Below, in pieces: positions 12,298 through 25,602 of a stretch of 64,000 nt of DNA; within the stretch, counting starts at the first letter, position 1; every line of letters begins with the position of its first letter. The stretch lies in the NCBI GenBank assembly GCA_963514005.1, contig OY740802.1:28396001-28460000 (forward strand), written 5' to 3'. The notes below the pieces were generated by a model, which saw only the letters and a list, made by a program, of their open reading frames with translations, was not told the origin of the DNA and did no database searches. The stretch is from Raja brachyura (lineage: Eukaryota). Both the position numbers and the translations under genes were made by a program.

Positions 12298-13798
12298 GGT
12301 GGCGTTTCTGGTCAGGGCCCTTCTTCAGACTGATTGGTGGGGTTGGGGGTGGAGGGGGGGTTGAGGAGGGGGGCTTGGGGGTGGGGGGGAGGGGAGGGGA
12401 GGGGGTGGAAACGGACTGGGACTGGAAGCTCAGACCAGGAAAAATCTTGGCCAGTAACACCAGGCATGGAGGTTTCCTGACAGGCCGATTGTTGGCTGGG
12501 GACAGTGTGATCCCAAGAGGGATACCTCGTTGGAAACTCCGGAACTGGTTTACCGACTTCAAATGCAGGGAGGGGATTGTTTGTAGAAGCTATGTAAAAT
12601 TAGAGAATCTGGTGGCCCCGCATCAACTTGCAACACATTTGCATCAACTGACTGATCAGTTGATGCAAACCTTCTGATGATTATGGAAAACGATGCAAAT
12701 CTCAGCGTGCATCTGTAGGAGACTCTACATCGGCATGGCAACAAGGGATGTTGGTAGCAGGTAGTTGTTTCTCCCTGGGGCCTCACCGTTGGCTCATCTC
12801 TTCTGAAGTAGTTTGTCGGCGTTGGCCCTGTAATCGCTGGAGTTTAGAAGAATATTGGGGGGGACCTCATTGAAACATACAGAATAGTGAAAGGCGTGGA
12901 TGTGGAGAGGATGTTTCCACTAGACTAGTGGGAGAGTCTAGGCCTCGAGGGCATAGCCTGAGAATTAAAGGAGGGAGATGAGGAGAAATGTCTTTAGCCA
13001 GAGGGTGGTGAATCTGTGGAATTCTTTGCCACAGAAGGCTTCTTAACTATAACAGAGTGTCAGCTGCATAAGGAATATTAATTTCTGTCCCTTTTAAAGT
13101 TATTCTCGAGGGTATTTAATCGTCATGTGGCCCGAGGCAGAACCGATCACTGGTCCAGTCTGAAGAAGGGTTTCGACACACGAAACGTCACCCATTTCTT
13201 TTCTCCAGAGATGCTGCCTGACCCACTGAGTTACTCCAGCATTTTGCGTCTATCTTTGGTTTAAAACAGCAAAGTTCAATATAGAAAATGCGTGTGTGTG
13301 TGTGTACAATGGCTACATAGTTCACAACCGTTCTATTCTCGAGCGTAACAATTTGCAACTCTTATCCTATCCTGGTTTACACCTGTCATTTCATCCCTGG
13401 CCTTTGTTCAACAATCTGCTTATCAAATTACCCCCTTGCTTGTGTTCATCTAGGACAAGCCAGACTCTGTCCAGCCCCATCACTTTCCAGTTTTCTCACC
13501 CCCCCCCCCCCCCCCCCCCGACCCGAAACGCCACCCATTCCTTTTGTCCAGGGATGCTGCCTGACCCGCTGACTTACTCGGGCATTTTGCTTCTTCTGAT
13601 GGTTGTTTTAATGTTTGATTCAGAAGATGGCATCTTTTAGTTTTAAATTTTGTTTTTGAGGTACAGCGTGAAAACAGGCCCTTCGGCCCGCAGACTAGTG
13701 ATAACCCGTTCGCACCAGTTCTATCCCACACACTTGGGACAATTTACAGAAGCCAATAAACCTCAGAACCCACACGTGTTTTGAAGGTGGGAGGAAAC

Positions 13799-13990
13799 TC
13801 TCTTTCCCCCTCTCTCTTTTCCCTGCCCCTCTCTCTTTCTCCCACTTTCTTTCCCCCTGCTCGCTTTCTTTCCCTCACTCTTTTTTTCCCTCTCTCCTCT
13901 CTTTTTCCTCCTCCCTCTTTTCCCTCCCTTTCTCTCTTTATTTTTCTCCTCTCTTTTCTCTCTCTCTCTTTCCTCCCCTCTCTCTCTACC
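13799..13990. repeat. Polypyrimidine (TC-rich) low-complexity tract
   Basis: Almost only T and C over about 190 nt. Confidence 0.9.
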
Positions 13991-14576
13991 CTTATGTATT
14001 TCGCACTCTCACAAAGTTCAGGTGGGCTTTACACACTCGATCCCAACACTAATTTGTTTAGTAAATATCAATTGGCAAGCCTGTTGTCCAGGGGATGCCA
14101 TTGGGAGAGTGGCCATCTGCTCCAGTGAAGCTGGGGCTTGTATCAGCGGCCAGTACCTGGAGGTAAACGTTGGTGCCAGTCACTGGGTCTGCCACCCTTG
14201 CGTGCTGTACACAGCAGGTGCACACTCCAGCTGTTCCTCAGCCAGTGTGCGTGCAGCCAAGTTGCCTATCCCACTTAATCTGCTTCTGATATTTCAAAGC
14301 CCCTTGATCCGTACAACGGGTAAATTCCCATTGTGAAAGTAGACCCTGCGGTCTGTGGCTCTGTTCTGAATGAAAACCTCACTTGCCCACATGGTGGAAT
14401 GTGGTCCGTCCTCACTCCTTTCCAAAAACACCATTGATGTCACGGGACACGATGCAGTTGGTGCAGTTTGCGGCTATTCCTAGGATTCCTCATGGACTAC
14501 ATTCGCCTTGCAGCAGGGGAAGCGGAGATGCAGAATGTATTTTAATTTATTTTTAAATGAGCTGTGAACTGTCTGG

Positions 14577-14720
14577 CACGCACACGCATTCACATACACA
14601 CTCACACACATTCACTCACACTCAAACTCACACACATGCGCACACACAGATGCACGCACACGCACACACACAGACGCACTCACACACACACACACACCAC
14701 ACACTCACACACTCACACAA
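14577..14720. repeat. Imperfect (CA)n microsatellite
   Basis: Direct reading. Confidence 0.95.
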
Positions 14721-14845
14721 ACAGTTGCTGCAAAGTGAAACTACTACAGATGATCGGAATGGACATGGTGGGCTGAAGGGCCTGTCCCTGTGCTGAATAA
14801 CTTTGTCACAAGGTAATTGACTCCTCTCTGCTCCTTCTGTGAAAC

Positions 14846-15195
14846 AAGAATTTAGGAGATTGAGAGGGGATCTTATAGAAACTTACAAGATTCTTAAGGG
14901 GTTGGACAGGCTAGATGCAGGAAGATTGTTCCCGATGTTGGGGAGGTCCAGGACAAGGGGTCACAGCTTAAGGATAAGGGGGAAATCCTTTAGGACCGAG
15001 ATGAGAAGGAATTTTTTCACACAGAGAGTGGTGGGTCTCTGGAACTCTCTGCCACAGAGGGTAGTTGAGGCCAGTTCATTGGCTATATTTAAGAGGGAGT
15101 TAGATGTGGCCCTTGTGGCTAAGGGGATCAGAGGGTATGGAGAGAAGGCAGGTACGGGATACTGAGTTGGATGATCAGCCATGATCATATTGAAT
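14846..15195 (+). mobile_element. CR1-clade LINE 3' fragment (same subfamily as 51129-51812)
   Basis: EFRRLRGDLIETYKILKGLDRLDAGRLFPM...GYGEKAGTGY. Confidence 0.9.
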
Positions 15196-16084
15196 TTTAA
15201 AAAACTGGCTAAAATGAGAGATCATCTAACTCTTTCACCTCCGTAAAGATGCCTTCCGTTGTATCGCACTTCAAGTTCCCCGGCCGATTGAAATATTTTG
15301 CACGCTTGCTTGCTCAAGAAGGTTCGAGTGTCTATATCACCTTCAGGAATAGAGTATGTATTTCTATTTCTGACCGTTCACAGTGGGGGATGTCCTTCAG
15401 TTGCCGTGACCAGCAGCAGGGTGGTGATCGCGCCCATCTCCAGAACGCGGGACTATCAGCATCGTTCCATTCTCTGACTCATTTTCCCTTTAACCGTTGC
15501 CTCCCACCAACTCCCTGCCGTCTGCACACAAGGGGCAACTTACTGAGTTGGTTCATCTACAAGCGCACATATCACTGGGATGCAAACGGAGACTGAAGGA
15601 CCCCAACATGGAACTCGTATGATCACCGGTTTATTTGAACAGTGGACGTGACTCCAGAAGCTTAATGCTGTGCGCCAACCCCTCCGCTAGGTTTGAGGGT
15701 AACCGGAGGGGGCCAACGTTACATTGATCCCATGAGTGAAATTTGACAGAAAAAAAAAATGGTGCTGGTGTTCAACTGGAGCCAAAGTTGCAGATCAGCA
15801 ATGAATGTACAATCTTGTCTGAATTTAGCTCATTCTTGTCTGATTTCCCGTGCAAGCTGATCAAGTAATGCCCAGCTGTTGGCACTCATCGCCAACTGTC
15901 CTGTATGAACATCATATATAACATTGGCAGTGGGCCAACCATAAATATCGCGTGCATCACGGGCAAAAATAACTCTGTCTCAGTTTGTGTCCCCCATGTA
16001 TCTCAAGATGGTTCACCACAACTGCGCGAGGTGCTGAGGAAGCAGTCTTCTATCACGTCGTGTGTGTGTCTGTCTTGCACCTTA

Positions 16085-16570
16085 CTTTAGTTTATTGTCA
16101 CGAGTACCGATGAACAATGTAAAAGCCTTTGTTGCACGGTATCCGTTCACCCAAAAGACAATGCGTGATTGCAATCAAGCCGTCCACTGTGTACAGATAC
16201 AGGATAAAGGGAATAACATTTAGTGCAAGAGTCCAGTAGAGTCCGATTAAAGATAGTCCAAGGGTCTCCTTTGAGCAGATAGTAGTTCCGGACGCTCTCT
16301 GGTTGGATAGGATGGTTCAGTTGTCCGATAGCAGCTGGGAAGAAAGTGTCCCCGAATCTGGAGGTTCTGTACCCCTTGCCTGATGGGAGGGGGATCGGGG
16401 GTGAGACTGTGGGGGGCCGAGGCAGTATGCAATGTAGATGGAGTCAATGGGAGGGATGTTGGTTTGTGTGTTCTGGGCTGGGCTGCGTTCACAACTCGGC
16501 AGTTTTTTGTGGTCTTGGCTGGAGCTGTTCCCTAACCATGCTGTGATGCATCCCGATAAAATGCTTTCTG
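16085..16570 (-). mobile_element. Rex1/Babar-type LINE 3' end
   Basis: Reverse complement of the 11828-12297 family. Confidence 0.7.
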
Positions 16571-18517
16571 TGTTGGATCCAGTGGATATTTGGGATTGGG
16601 ATCTGGTGATGGTGGAGTTGGCATTGAGTTGCTTATTTACTAATGTATTTCAGTTTTGTCTCAGCAAAACCTGACCACGGGAGCTGTCTGCACAGAGTTT
16701 GTACGTACTCCCTGTGACCCCGTGGGTTTCCTCCGGGTGCTCTGGTCTCCTCCCATGCACCAAAGACGGGCAGGTTTGTAGGTTAATTGTCTTCTGTAAA
16801 TTGTAAATTGTCCCGAGTGTGTAGCATAGTGTTAATGTAAGGGGTGATTGTTGGTCGGCACTGACTCGGTGGGCTGAAGGGCTGTATCTCTAAACCAAAC
16901 TAGCTACGTGGGGCATCCAAGCTGGCTTTTCCTCAAATGATCTGAATGGGCAAAGCTGTCAGCTGAGTTTAACATAATGTTCAGTAATCCTTTTGAAACT
17001 ATTTGCCTGGGGGGGTGATGTCACCCTTCTGATCCACTCACCCAGGCTTCAGGGCAGGCTTAAGGTACTGGGATATCATTACACATGTGACCCTCCTTCA
17101 TTGATCCTTGATCCTTGGCCCTTCTGATGACCCTGTGTTTATGGATGTATAAATAAACTCTGAAAGCACTCACGCTAACAGTAAGCATGCCGGTTCATTC
17201 AGTGGGATAAGCTTAGTGGAGCACTGTAATCAGTGAGCTCTGAAGCTTTTCAGCAAGTTATGATACACAAGGGAGGGATACCCATTGTCTCCACAAAGTG
17301 TAGACTTTAGATTGTAAAGATACAATGCTGGTGCTGATAAAGATGCAAAATTAATGTCCTCTGCTTGAATGTGATCCATAAACTTTACTTTAGACTTTCG
17401 AGAGAGAGAGAGCACAGACACAGGCCATTCGGCCCACGAGTCCGGACCGACCAGCGATCACCGTGCACACTCGCACTGCCCTACACACCAGGGACCAGTT
17501 ACAGAAGTCAATTAACCTACAAACCTGTACGTCTTTGGAATGTGTGAGGAAACTGGAGCACCCGGAGAAAACCCACGGGGAGAACGTATAAACTCTGTAA
17601 AGAGAGATCGAACCCGGGCAGCAACTCTGCCGCTGCGTCACTGTGCAGCCCTTTGGACTGTTCTTTGGTTGAGGGACACTACATTCTGAATGCATCTGGC
17701 TCGGTTGAAGTTGGGCAAGTTTTTGTTTTACACATAGAGTAGTGGGTGCCTGTAACATGCTGCCAGGAGTGGTGGTGGTGGTGGAGCCAGAAGTGATGGT
17801 GGCATGGACATAACGGGCTGAAGGGCCTATTCCTGTGCTGTGCTATGTTCAAAGTTATATTCTGCACTTTGGCATTTTTCTCTTTGCACTACCTGTTGTT
17901 TAGTTTAGAGATACAGCGTGGAAACGGGCTCCATGCGACCCAAGGATCACCCCAACACCAGTTCTATCCTATACACTGGGAACAATTTACAGAAGCCAAT
18001 TAACCTACAAACCCCCGCATGTCTTTGGAGTGCAGGCGGAAACCGGATCACCCGGAGAAAACTCACGCGGTCACGGGGAGAATGTACAAACTCCGTACAG
18101 ACAGCGCCCGTAGTCAGGATCGAACCCGGGTCATCTGCCACTGTGAGGCAGCAGATCTACCCGCATCGCCACTGTGCTGCCCTGTTGTACTAGTGTGTGA
18201 CTTGATTGTGTATGGTAGGTTTTGACTGGATAGACAGCAAACACAATTTTTCTTTAGATCCGTGTATAGGTGACAGTAATAAACCAATACCAAGATAATC
18301 ATACCAATTTTGCGGTCAATATATAGCATTGTTAGACCCAGTCTTGTCTGGGGATATTGGGCCTGGAGGAATGTTTGAAGGGACATGTTAACGGCGAGGG
18401 GGTAGTAGAAGTGGGAGGTGGGTGTGACAAGGCTTGGAGGGGCCTTTCCAATCTGCGCGAGTCTGGGTGGGTGAGGGGTTAAAATGGTAGCGGCGTGCCA
18501 GACATCAGGATTGGGAC

Positions 18518-19005
18518 ATCCTAATTTGAGGAAGGACATCCTTGTGATTGAGGCAGTGCAGCGTAGGTTCACGAGATCGATCTCTGGGATGGCGGGACTG
18601 TCATATGAGGAAAGATTGAAAAGACTAGGCTTGTATTCACTAGAGTTTAGAAGGATGAGGGGGGATCTTCTAGAAACTTATAAAAGGACTGGACAAGCTA
18701 GATGCAGGAAAAATATTCCCAATGTTGGGCGAGTCCAGAACCAGGGGGCCACAGTCTTAGAGTAAAAGGGAGGCCATTTAAGACTGAGGTGAGAAAAAAC
18801 TTTTTCACCCAGAGAGTTGTCAATTTGTGGAATTTCCTGCCACAGAGGGCAGTTAAGGCCAAATTACTGGATGGTTTTAAGAGAGAGTTAGATAGAGCTC
18901 TAGGGGCTAGTGGAATAAAGGGATATGGGGATAAGGCAGGCACGGGTTATTGATTGGGAACGATCAGACATCATCTCCTCGTGCACCTATTTTCTATGTT
19001 TCCAT
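18518..19005 (+). mobile_element. CR1-clade LINE 3' fragment, frameshifted
   Basis: PNLRKDILVIEAVQRRFTR...RRMRGDLLETYK and FFTQRVVNLWNFLP in different frames; tttctatgtt tail. Confidence 0.9.
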
Positions 19006-19019
19006 GAAAAGCACAAGAT

Positions 19020-19472
19020 TTACTGCAGATACTGATTTACATTAAAAAGTAGCACAAGATGCTGGAGTAACTCAGCGGGTCAGGCAGCATCGCCAGAGAA
19101 CATGGACAGGCGACGTTCCATGTCGGGACTCTTCTTCAGACTGTGGTGGGGGTGGGGGGAGAGGCAGGACAAAGTGTGGCAGATAACAAGTGAACACAGG
19201 CCAGGGGGTTTATTTGATTGGCAGATAATTGGGGCAGGGGCCAGGGGGAGGGGGAGTAATGGGTGTGTTCTAGGTGGGACACGGGAAGGGGGTGGTCCTA
19301 AAATTCCAGCTCTTCAACTTGCCCCTCACTCCTCCCACCTCCTACTTTCAGACTGAAGAAGCGACCCAACCCAAAACGTCACCCACCCTTTCTCTCCAGA
19401 GACGTTGCCTGACCCACTGAGTTACTCCAGCACCACCCTTGGTATAAACCAGCATCTGCAGTTCCGTGTTTC
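19020..19472. mobile_element. Long palindromic Penelope-derived element (inverted terminal arms around 3'UTR sequence)
   Basis: Arms at about 19023-19142 and 19352-19470 are reverse complements. A reverse-strand GIY-YIG tail fragment follows at about 19475-19550. Confidence 0.65.
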
Positions 19473-21779
19473 TACTCGTTCATTTTCGTTACCATTGGGT
19501 TGGAAGCTACCAAAGTGGAAAATGAGGTGCTGGTTACTGAGCTGCTGTGAGTTTGGATAATAAGCAAGTGTGGCACGGTGGTACAGCAGTAGAGTTGCTG
19601 CCTCACAGCACCAGAGACCCCAATTCGATCCTGACTACAGGTGCTGTCTGTACGGAGTTTGTACATTCTCCCCATGACAGCATGGGATTTCTCCGGGAGC
19701 TCTGGTTTCCTCCCACACTCCAAAGACGTACAGGTTTGTAGGGTAATTGACTTTGGTAAAAGGTTGTAAATTGTCCCCTGTATGTGGGATAGTGCTAGTG
19801 TACGGACTGACCGGCATGGACTCAGTGGGCTGAAAGGCCTGTTTCCATGCTGTATCTATACACTGTAAAAATCAATTTGCTTGAGCAATATTGCAGAGGG
19901 TACATGGCATCCATGAAAAAAGGATTAATTCCTGGCCAGAGCAGGGAGCAAATCCGTAGAAAGATAGGAAGCGGGAAAAAGACCCACGTTGCCAGCGCCT
20001 ACCATCCGATGTCGTGAATGAGCGCGGATGCGATAAGTTCTTGCACCTTGTTCAAGTGCCTTCAAAGCCAGCGGCACGTACTTTGATGTGGAGATCTGCC
20101 ATGTGATCAAGGCCCTTTTATTCCCTGTCGTAGAATGTGTGTTGGGCTCCACTCGTTTGGAACCTCAGTCATTGCTTGGCAGAGGGTGATAATTTAATGA
20201 TGCACAGCAGGGTTACCCTGCCCTTGAGGCATGGAGTGGAAACAAAGAACTGCTGATTCTGGTTTACAGAAAAAAAAACAAGACACCAGGTCACAGGGTG
20301 GCACAGTGACGCGAGGGTAGAGTTGCTGCCTTACAGCGCCAGTGACCCATGCTCGATCCTGACAATGGGTGCTATCTGTACGGAGTCTGTACATTCTCCC
20401 TGTGACCGCGTGGGTTTTCTCCTGGTGCTCCGGTTTCCTCCCGCACTCCAAATATGTACATGTCTGTAGGCTTCTAGAAATGGTCTCCGTGTGTAGGGTA
20501 GAACACTGGTGTACAGGGTGCTCTCTGTTCGGCATGGATGCGGTGGGCCGAAGGGCCTGTTTCCACGCTGTATCTCTAAGGTCTGAAGACCAGAAAGGTC
20601 CCCTATACATGTTGTCCGGAGATGCTGCCTGACCTGCTGAGTTACTCCAGCACCTTGTGTCATTTTGTTCTTAAGAGAAACTTTGGAGATAAACTATTTG
20701 TAAAACCATGATTATGTAAATGCCTTGACATATGGAGGCAACTATCTGTTGTCTGAACATCACCCTACAGGAGCCTAAAGTACAGGCACTCCCCGACCTG
20801 TGCCAGGGTTACGTTCCGTGAACCCTCACCCAAGTTAGATTTGACGTAAGTCAAAATGATCATCCCCATCCCCTGCCCGAAATAACTCACTGCGAGTATG
20901 AACTGTCTCGGTGGAGTCCTGCAGCATCCATACCCATAAAGCAGGATAGAAGGGTTCATTGCATGAAACCATGGTCCACAAAATCTCTATTAATGTCAAT
21001 GTCTCTTTCCTCTAAAAGAAAATCCCTTACGACGCCGATGTGAAGTTAGTCTCACGACCAGCTGATAATTGCTGCCCTGACCTCCATCCCTGTCTGGTGC
21101 TAGATGAGTTTTTAATCGGATGTGCATTCCTTGTAGATATTCTGATCTCTTTAGCAGCTCCAGTCAGGTTCATCTTTATCTCTGATAGCTTTATGTGCTG
21201 GAATGACTCACTGCCCGCTGCATGCCATGTTAGTAGCTGCTTATTCATCGATTAGCGTAGGCCTCTAAATTTATGTGGTAGTCCCTGCCCATTAACCCAT
21301 TCAACGTCTCCAACAGGATATACTTACTGACAGCAGTTGTGACGCAGATCTGAATAGCACGAGAAATCCTGGTGGGAGTGACTATAAAAACATCTTATTG
21401 AAATAGGTAAAAGTGCTTTAAAAGGATAGTTAAAAATGTATTACCTGCAGTTCTCAGGTGAGATAAACCCCTGGTGATTTGAAAATTGTTCATATAGTCA
21501 CAGAGTCAAAAAGTTCATACAACAGGGAAACAGGCCCTTCGGCCCAACTTGTCCGTGCCGACCAAGATGCCCATCTGTGCTAGTCCTCTGTGCCCCACAT
21601 TTTGCCCATATTCCCCTGAACCGTTCCCATCCTGTCCAAATGTCCTTTAAATGCCGGGGAGAACAGACAATGGGAAAGACACCCTGGAGAATATTTTTTA
21701 TCTCCATCCTAAAAGAGCTGTGTAAAAGCAACACATGCCCAAACACCTTAATGTCATTTAATATCAAACCGAGCTGATT

Positions 21780-22085
21780 TTAGTTCTGTTTAGAGATACT
21801 GCGCGGAAACGGGCCCTTCGGCCCACTGAGTACGCACAGACCAGTGATCCTCGCACATTCACATTACCCTGCACATACTGGGGACAATTTACATTTACAC
21901 CAAGCCAAATAGCCTACAAACCTGTACGTCTTTGGACTGCGGGAGGAAACCAAAGATCTTGGAGAAAACCCACACGGTCACGGGGAGAACGTACAAACTC
22001 CAGACAGACAGCACCTGTAGTCAGGATCGAACCCGGATCTCTGGTGATTAGACTGCGCCTCTACTGCTGCACCACTGTGCCGCCC
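21780..22085 (-). mobile_element. HE1-like V-SINE
   Basis: Near full-length reverse copy. Confidence 0.85.
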
Positions 22086-23154
22086 GTGATCTTGAGATTT
22101 ATTGATCTTTTCACAACTAATGTATGTTAAATATCGTTATAGTAACTGCCTAAACTACCTCCTCTGGCAGCTCGATCCATACACCTATCATCCTCTGTGG
22201 GGGATAAGTTTCCCCTCGGGTTCCTATTAACTCTTTCCCCTCTTGCCTCTGGTTCTCGATTCCCCTGCCCTGCTTTCACCCTATCAATTCCCCCACATAA
22301 TGTCATATCCCTCGGGCAACTAATAACTAAGTCTGAAGAAGGGTCCCAACCCAAAACATCACCTATCCATTTTCTCCCGAGCTGCTGCCTAACCCGCTGA
22401 GTTACTCCAGTATCTTGTGTCTGTCCCTCAGACAAATATCTGTTTTGGCCGTTGATCTCTTTACTGTTAATGGGATCTGGCTGAGTATAGCTCGACTGCA
22501 GTGTAAACCTCACTGCAATGGTGTGTACGCTGGAACGTGCAGTAGGATACCGGCTGTAAGTGCTTTTGGATCTCCTGAAAGTCCTGAAACGGTGCAGAAT
22601 AATTGTTGTAAGTTTAGAATTTGTATTTGCATTTTAGTTCATTGAATCAACTCTTATTTGGGTTCTGCGCTGTGGATTAAAGTGCCTATCATGTGCACTC
22701 CAGTGGCACAAGCCAATAGCCTTGTCGAAAGCCATGGATTTCAGTCGAGAGTAGACAATGAACTGCAGATGCTGCAAATGTGAACAAAACACAAAGTGCT
22801 GGAGTGACTCAGCCGGTCAGGCAGCACCTGGACAGGTGATGGTCAGGCAAACGCCTCTGTTGCCATGCTGTGAGAACGGAGAGGATGAGAAGGAGTCTCT
22901 TCCCAGAGGCCATTCGGACTGTAAACTCCTATCTCACCAGGGACTAACTTTACTGGACCATTCAAATTTTTTTTTTTAATTGCTCTTTTTTTTCCCTTTT
23001 CTCTCCTCCCACAAATATGTGAATATGTGCTTCTGTTCCGTTCTGTTTGTAGTTTGTTTGTTTGTTCTTTGCACAGAGTCCGCGAGCATTGCCACTTTTC
23101 GTTTCACTGCACATCTCGTATGTGTATGTCACGAATAAACTTGACTTAAACTTG

Positions 23155-23466
23155 GCAGGCGCGGTGGCGCAACGGTAGAGCTGCTGCCTCACAGCGCCAG
23201 GGACCCCGGTTCGATCCTGCCCACGGGTGCTGCCTGTACGGAGTTTGTACATTCTCCCTGTGACCGTGTGGGGTTTCTCTGGATGCTCCAGTTTCCTCCC
23301 ACACGCCAAAGATGTGCAGGATTGTAGGTTAATTGGCTTCAGTGAAAATTGTAAATCATCCCTGGTGTGTAGGATGGTGCTAGTGTACAGGGGGATCGCT
23401 GGTTGCTGCAGACACGGTGGGCCGAAGGGACTGTTTCTATACTGTATGTCTGCAAAGTCTAAAGTC
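23155..23466 (+). mobile_element. HE1-like tRNA-derived V-SINE, near full length (representative)
   Basis: A-box-like ggtggcgcaacggtagag and B-box ggttcgatcc, V-domain tgtacggagtttgtacattctccc...ggtttctctggatgctccagtttcctcccac, and CR1-like tail gggccgaagggactgtttc...(tctaaag). Confidence 0.85.
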
Positions 23467-23899
23467 CAGTAAAGTCCGATTTAAAAATAGTTTGAAGGTC
23501 TCCAATGAGGTAGATGGTAGGTCAGGACCGCTGTCTAGATTGTGACGGGTGAAACATCACCCGCCCCAGAGTTACTCCAGCACTTTGTACCTCAGTAGAT
23601 GTCCTTCGAAACTATTCCACCTTGTATCAGTGAGAAACCAAAGGGAAGCTGAAACTGGAGAAATGTCCCATGCGCGTTCAAATGATTTTGAAGCCGGACT
23701 CGTGTTGTTTCAGAGGAACTGGGTTTGTTCCCATCTATCAGCTGAACGAGCTGAGGGAAAGGCGATCAGCAAAAACGTACAGTAGTTGCAGAGGCAGCAA
23801 ACTTGTCAGCTCAGCGGGCCTGGTAATCCTTCATCTTTGTGGCAAATCATTTCTGTGTTTGCTGTCTGGAAGGTCTAATTTCCAGAATGAGGGAATGGG

Positions 23900-24359
23900 A
23901 AAACAAATTCTGCTCTGCGTTCCCCTTTCCCGAAGCCAGCGCGCTGTACTCATCTTCTGTGTCGCCGTAAACAAGGTGCACAGCAAACCTTTCCGCCCCC
24001 AGCCCAGCATCAAAGTGTTTGCCGACCTCTGGGGGCGTGTGGGGAAAAAACTGCGAGGGAGGGAGCAGCAAACACACATCTGATCTGGACAAGCCTGTCT
24101 GCTGTTGTTTGTATTGTGGTGGGTTGTGTCTTTGTATGTCCAACTTGTCCCCTCTTTTGTCCTTTAGTGTTTAAGTGAAAACCTCCCCTCAACAAAAAGA
24201 AAAATGTGGATTCGAGTGACTGGCTCGCTGCTGTGCTGTCATGCCGCACAATTTGCTAATCTTTGTGGCGAGACCTGAATAGATGGTTCACCTTGGATTA
24301 TAAAAGACATTTTGATGCATATCACACATTGCGTCCTTTCGGGGCAGTTAGGAGAGATT
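23900..24359 (+). promoter_or_regulatory. Candidate internal promoter / 5'UTR region
   Basis: Repeat-free island with GC boxes (ttccgcccc at about 23991, gggggcgtg at about 24031) immediately upstream of the candidate exon. Confidence 0.25.
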
Positions 24360-24490
24360 NNNNNNNNNNNNNNNNNNNNNNNNNNNNNNNNNNNNNNNNN
24401 NNNNNNNNNNNNNNNNNNNNNNNNNNNNNNNNNNNNNNNNNNNNNNNNNNNNNNNNNNNNNNNNNNNNNNNNNNNNNNNNNNNNNNNNNN
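24360..24490. other. Assembly gap (131 N)
   Basis: Run of N. Confidence 1.
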
Positions 24491-24499
24491 AAATCGCAA

Positions 24500-24546
24500 A
24501 TGTCGGCAGAAGAATTTTACAGCAAATGTTCATCTCACTGGAGCGC
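24500..24546 (+). CDS. Candidate upstream or alternative first coding exon (MSAEEFYSKCSSHWS-A)
   Basis: ATG at 24500 and a gtgagt donor at 24547 give a phase 2 end, compatible with the 37348 acceptor. Weak Kozak context. The 5' side falls in an N-gap. Confidence 0.3.
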
Positions 24547-24601
24547 GTGAGTATTTGTGTGAGATTCAGTGGATTGGGGAGGGTGTCGGGCAGCAGTTAG
24601 T

Positions 24602-24632
<31 letters not shown>

Positions 24633-25086
24633 AGTGCCCAGATGAGCAGCATCTCAATGTAGATGTTTTGAAGATGTTTATGAACGTTAACATCCCCTGG
24701 AGAATTCTTCTATGTTTCATAATTCCATTGAATGGCTATAGATTGTGCTCATGTACAGTAGGATTTTACTGAATTATATGCCGCAGAAAGAATTTCACTG
24801 CACCGGGTTACATCTCACAGTAAAGTACCATCAAACCAGAACTGTATCTGTGTGGGAGTGAGAGAGCATAGAGTCGTGTTTAACTCTGGAATAAAACATG
24901 GTGCTTCACCTTCCTTGAAGCTTATATTTTCATTGCCTGCTTTCAGGCTGGTTGTGTTTAGAGCTGAATTAAGAGTTGCTTTAAACATCAGTCTTGGATT
25001 AAATATCCATGGCTGTGGTCTTGTAATATTTCCATGTCTTGCATCAATCAAATTTGTGGCCTCTCCGGTAATTGTAAATCAAATTC

Positions 25087-25395
25087 GGGCAGCACAGCGG
25101 CGCAGTGGTAGAGTTGCTGCCTTACAGCGCCAGAGACCCTGGCTCCATCCTGACTGCAGGTTCTGTCTGTACAGAGTTTGTACGTTCTCCCCGCCACCAC
25201 GTGGGTTTTCTCCGGGTGCACCGGTTTCCTCCCCCACTCCAAAGACGTGCAGGTTTGCAGGTTAATTGGCTTCGGTAAAATTGTCAATTATCCCTAGTGT
25301 GTAGGATTCTGTTAGTGTCCGGGGCGATCGCTGGTCGGCACTGACTCAGTGGGCCGAAGGGCCTAGTTCCGTGCTGTATCTCTAAAGTCTAAATT
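25087..25395 (+). mobile_element. HE1-like V-SINE
   Basis: Same consensus. Other + copies at about 8070, 16670, 19570, 20295, 27685, 30103, 30970, 34000, 34710, 36533, 40600, 43370, 44515 and 55728. Confidence 0.85.
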
Positions 25396-25602
25396 AAAGC
25401 CACTGATGCTGGAAATCTGAAATGTGAACAGAAAATGCTTGCAGTCCGACATCATCTGTGGAAAGAGAAACGGAGTCACCATTTGTCATTTCGGGTTGAG
25501 AACTCTGCCGATGAACTGTCAACTCTTGCCACGGAAAAATGCTGCCTGATTTACTTAACGTCTGCAGCTTTATCCGCTTTTATTCCTGGCTGCTTCAGTT
25601 AA

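Noticed and set aside
14022-14530. Unique-looking segment with a DPNT peptide reminiscent of the WW2 region
   Set aside because: No WW tryptophans or aromatic triplet, stops in the frames I read and no splice support.
14557-14796. His/Thr-rich ORFs
   Set aside because: Translation of a (CA)n microsatellite.
20780-20855. Tigger-like terminal fragment (tacaggcactccccgac...gacgtaagtc)
   Set aside because: Only one end was visible and it is too short to call with confidence.
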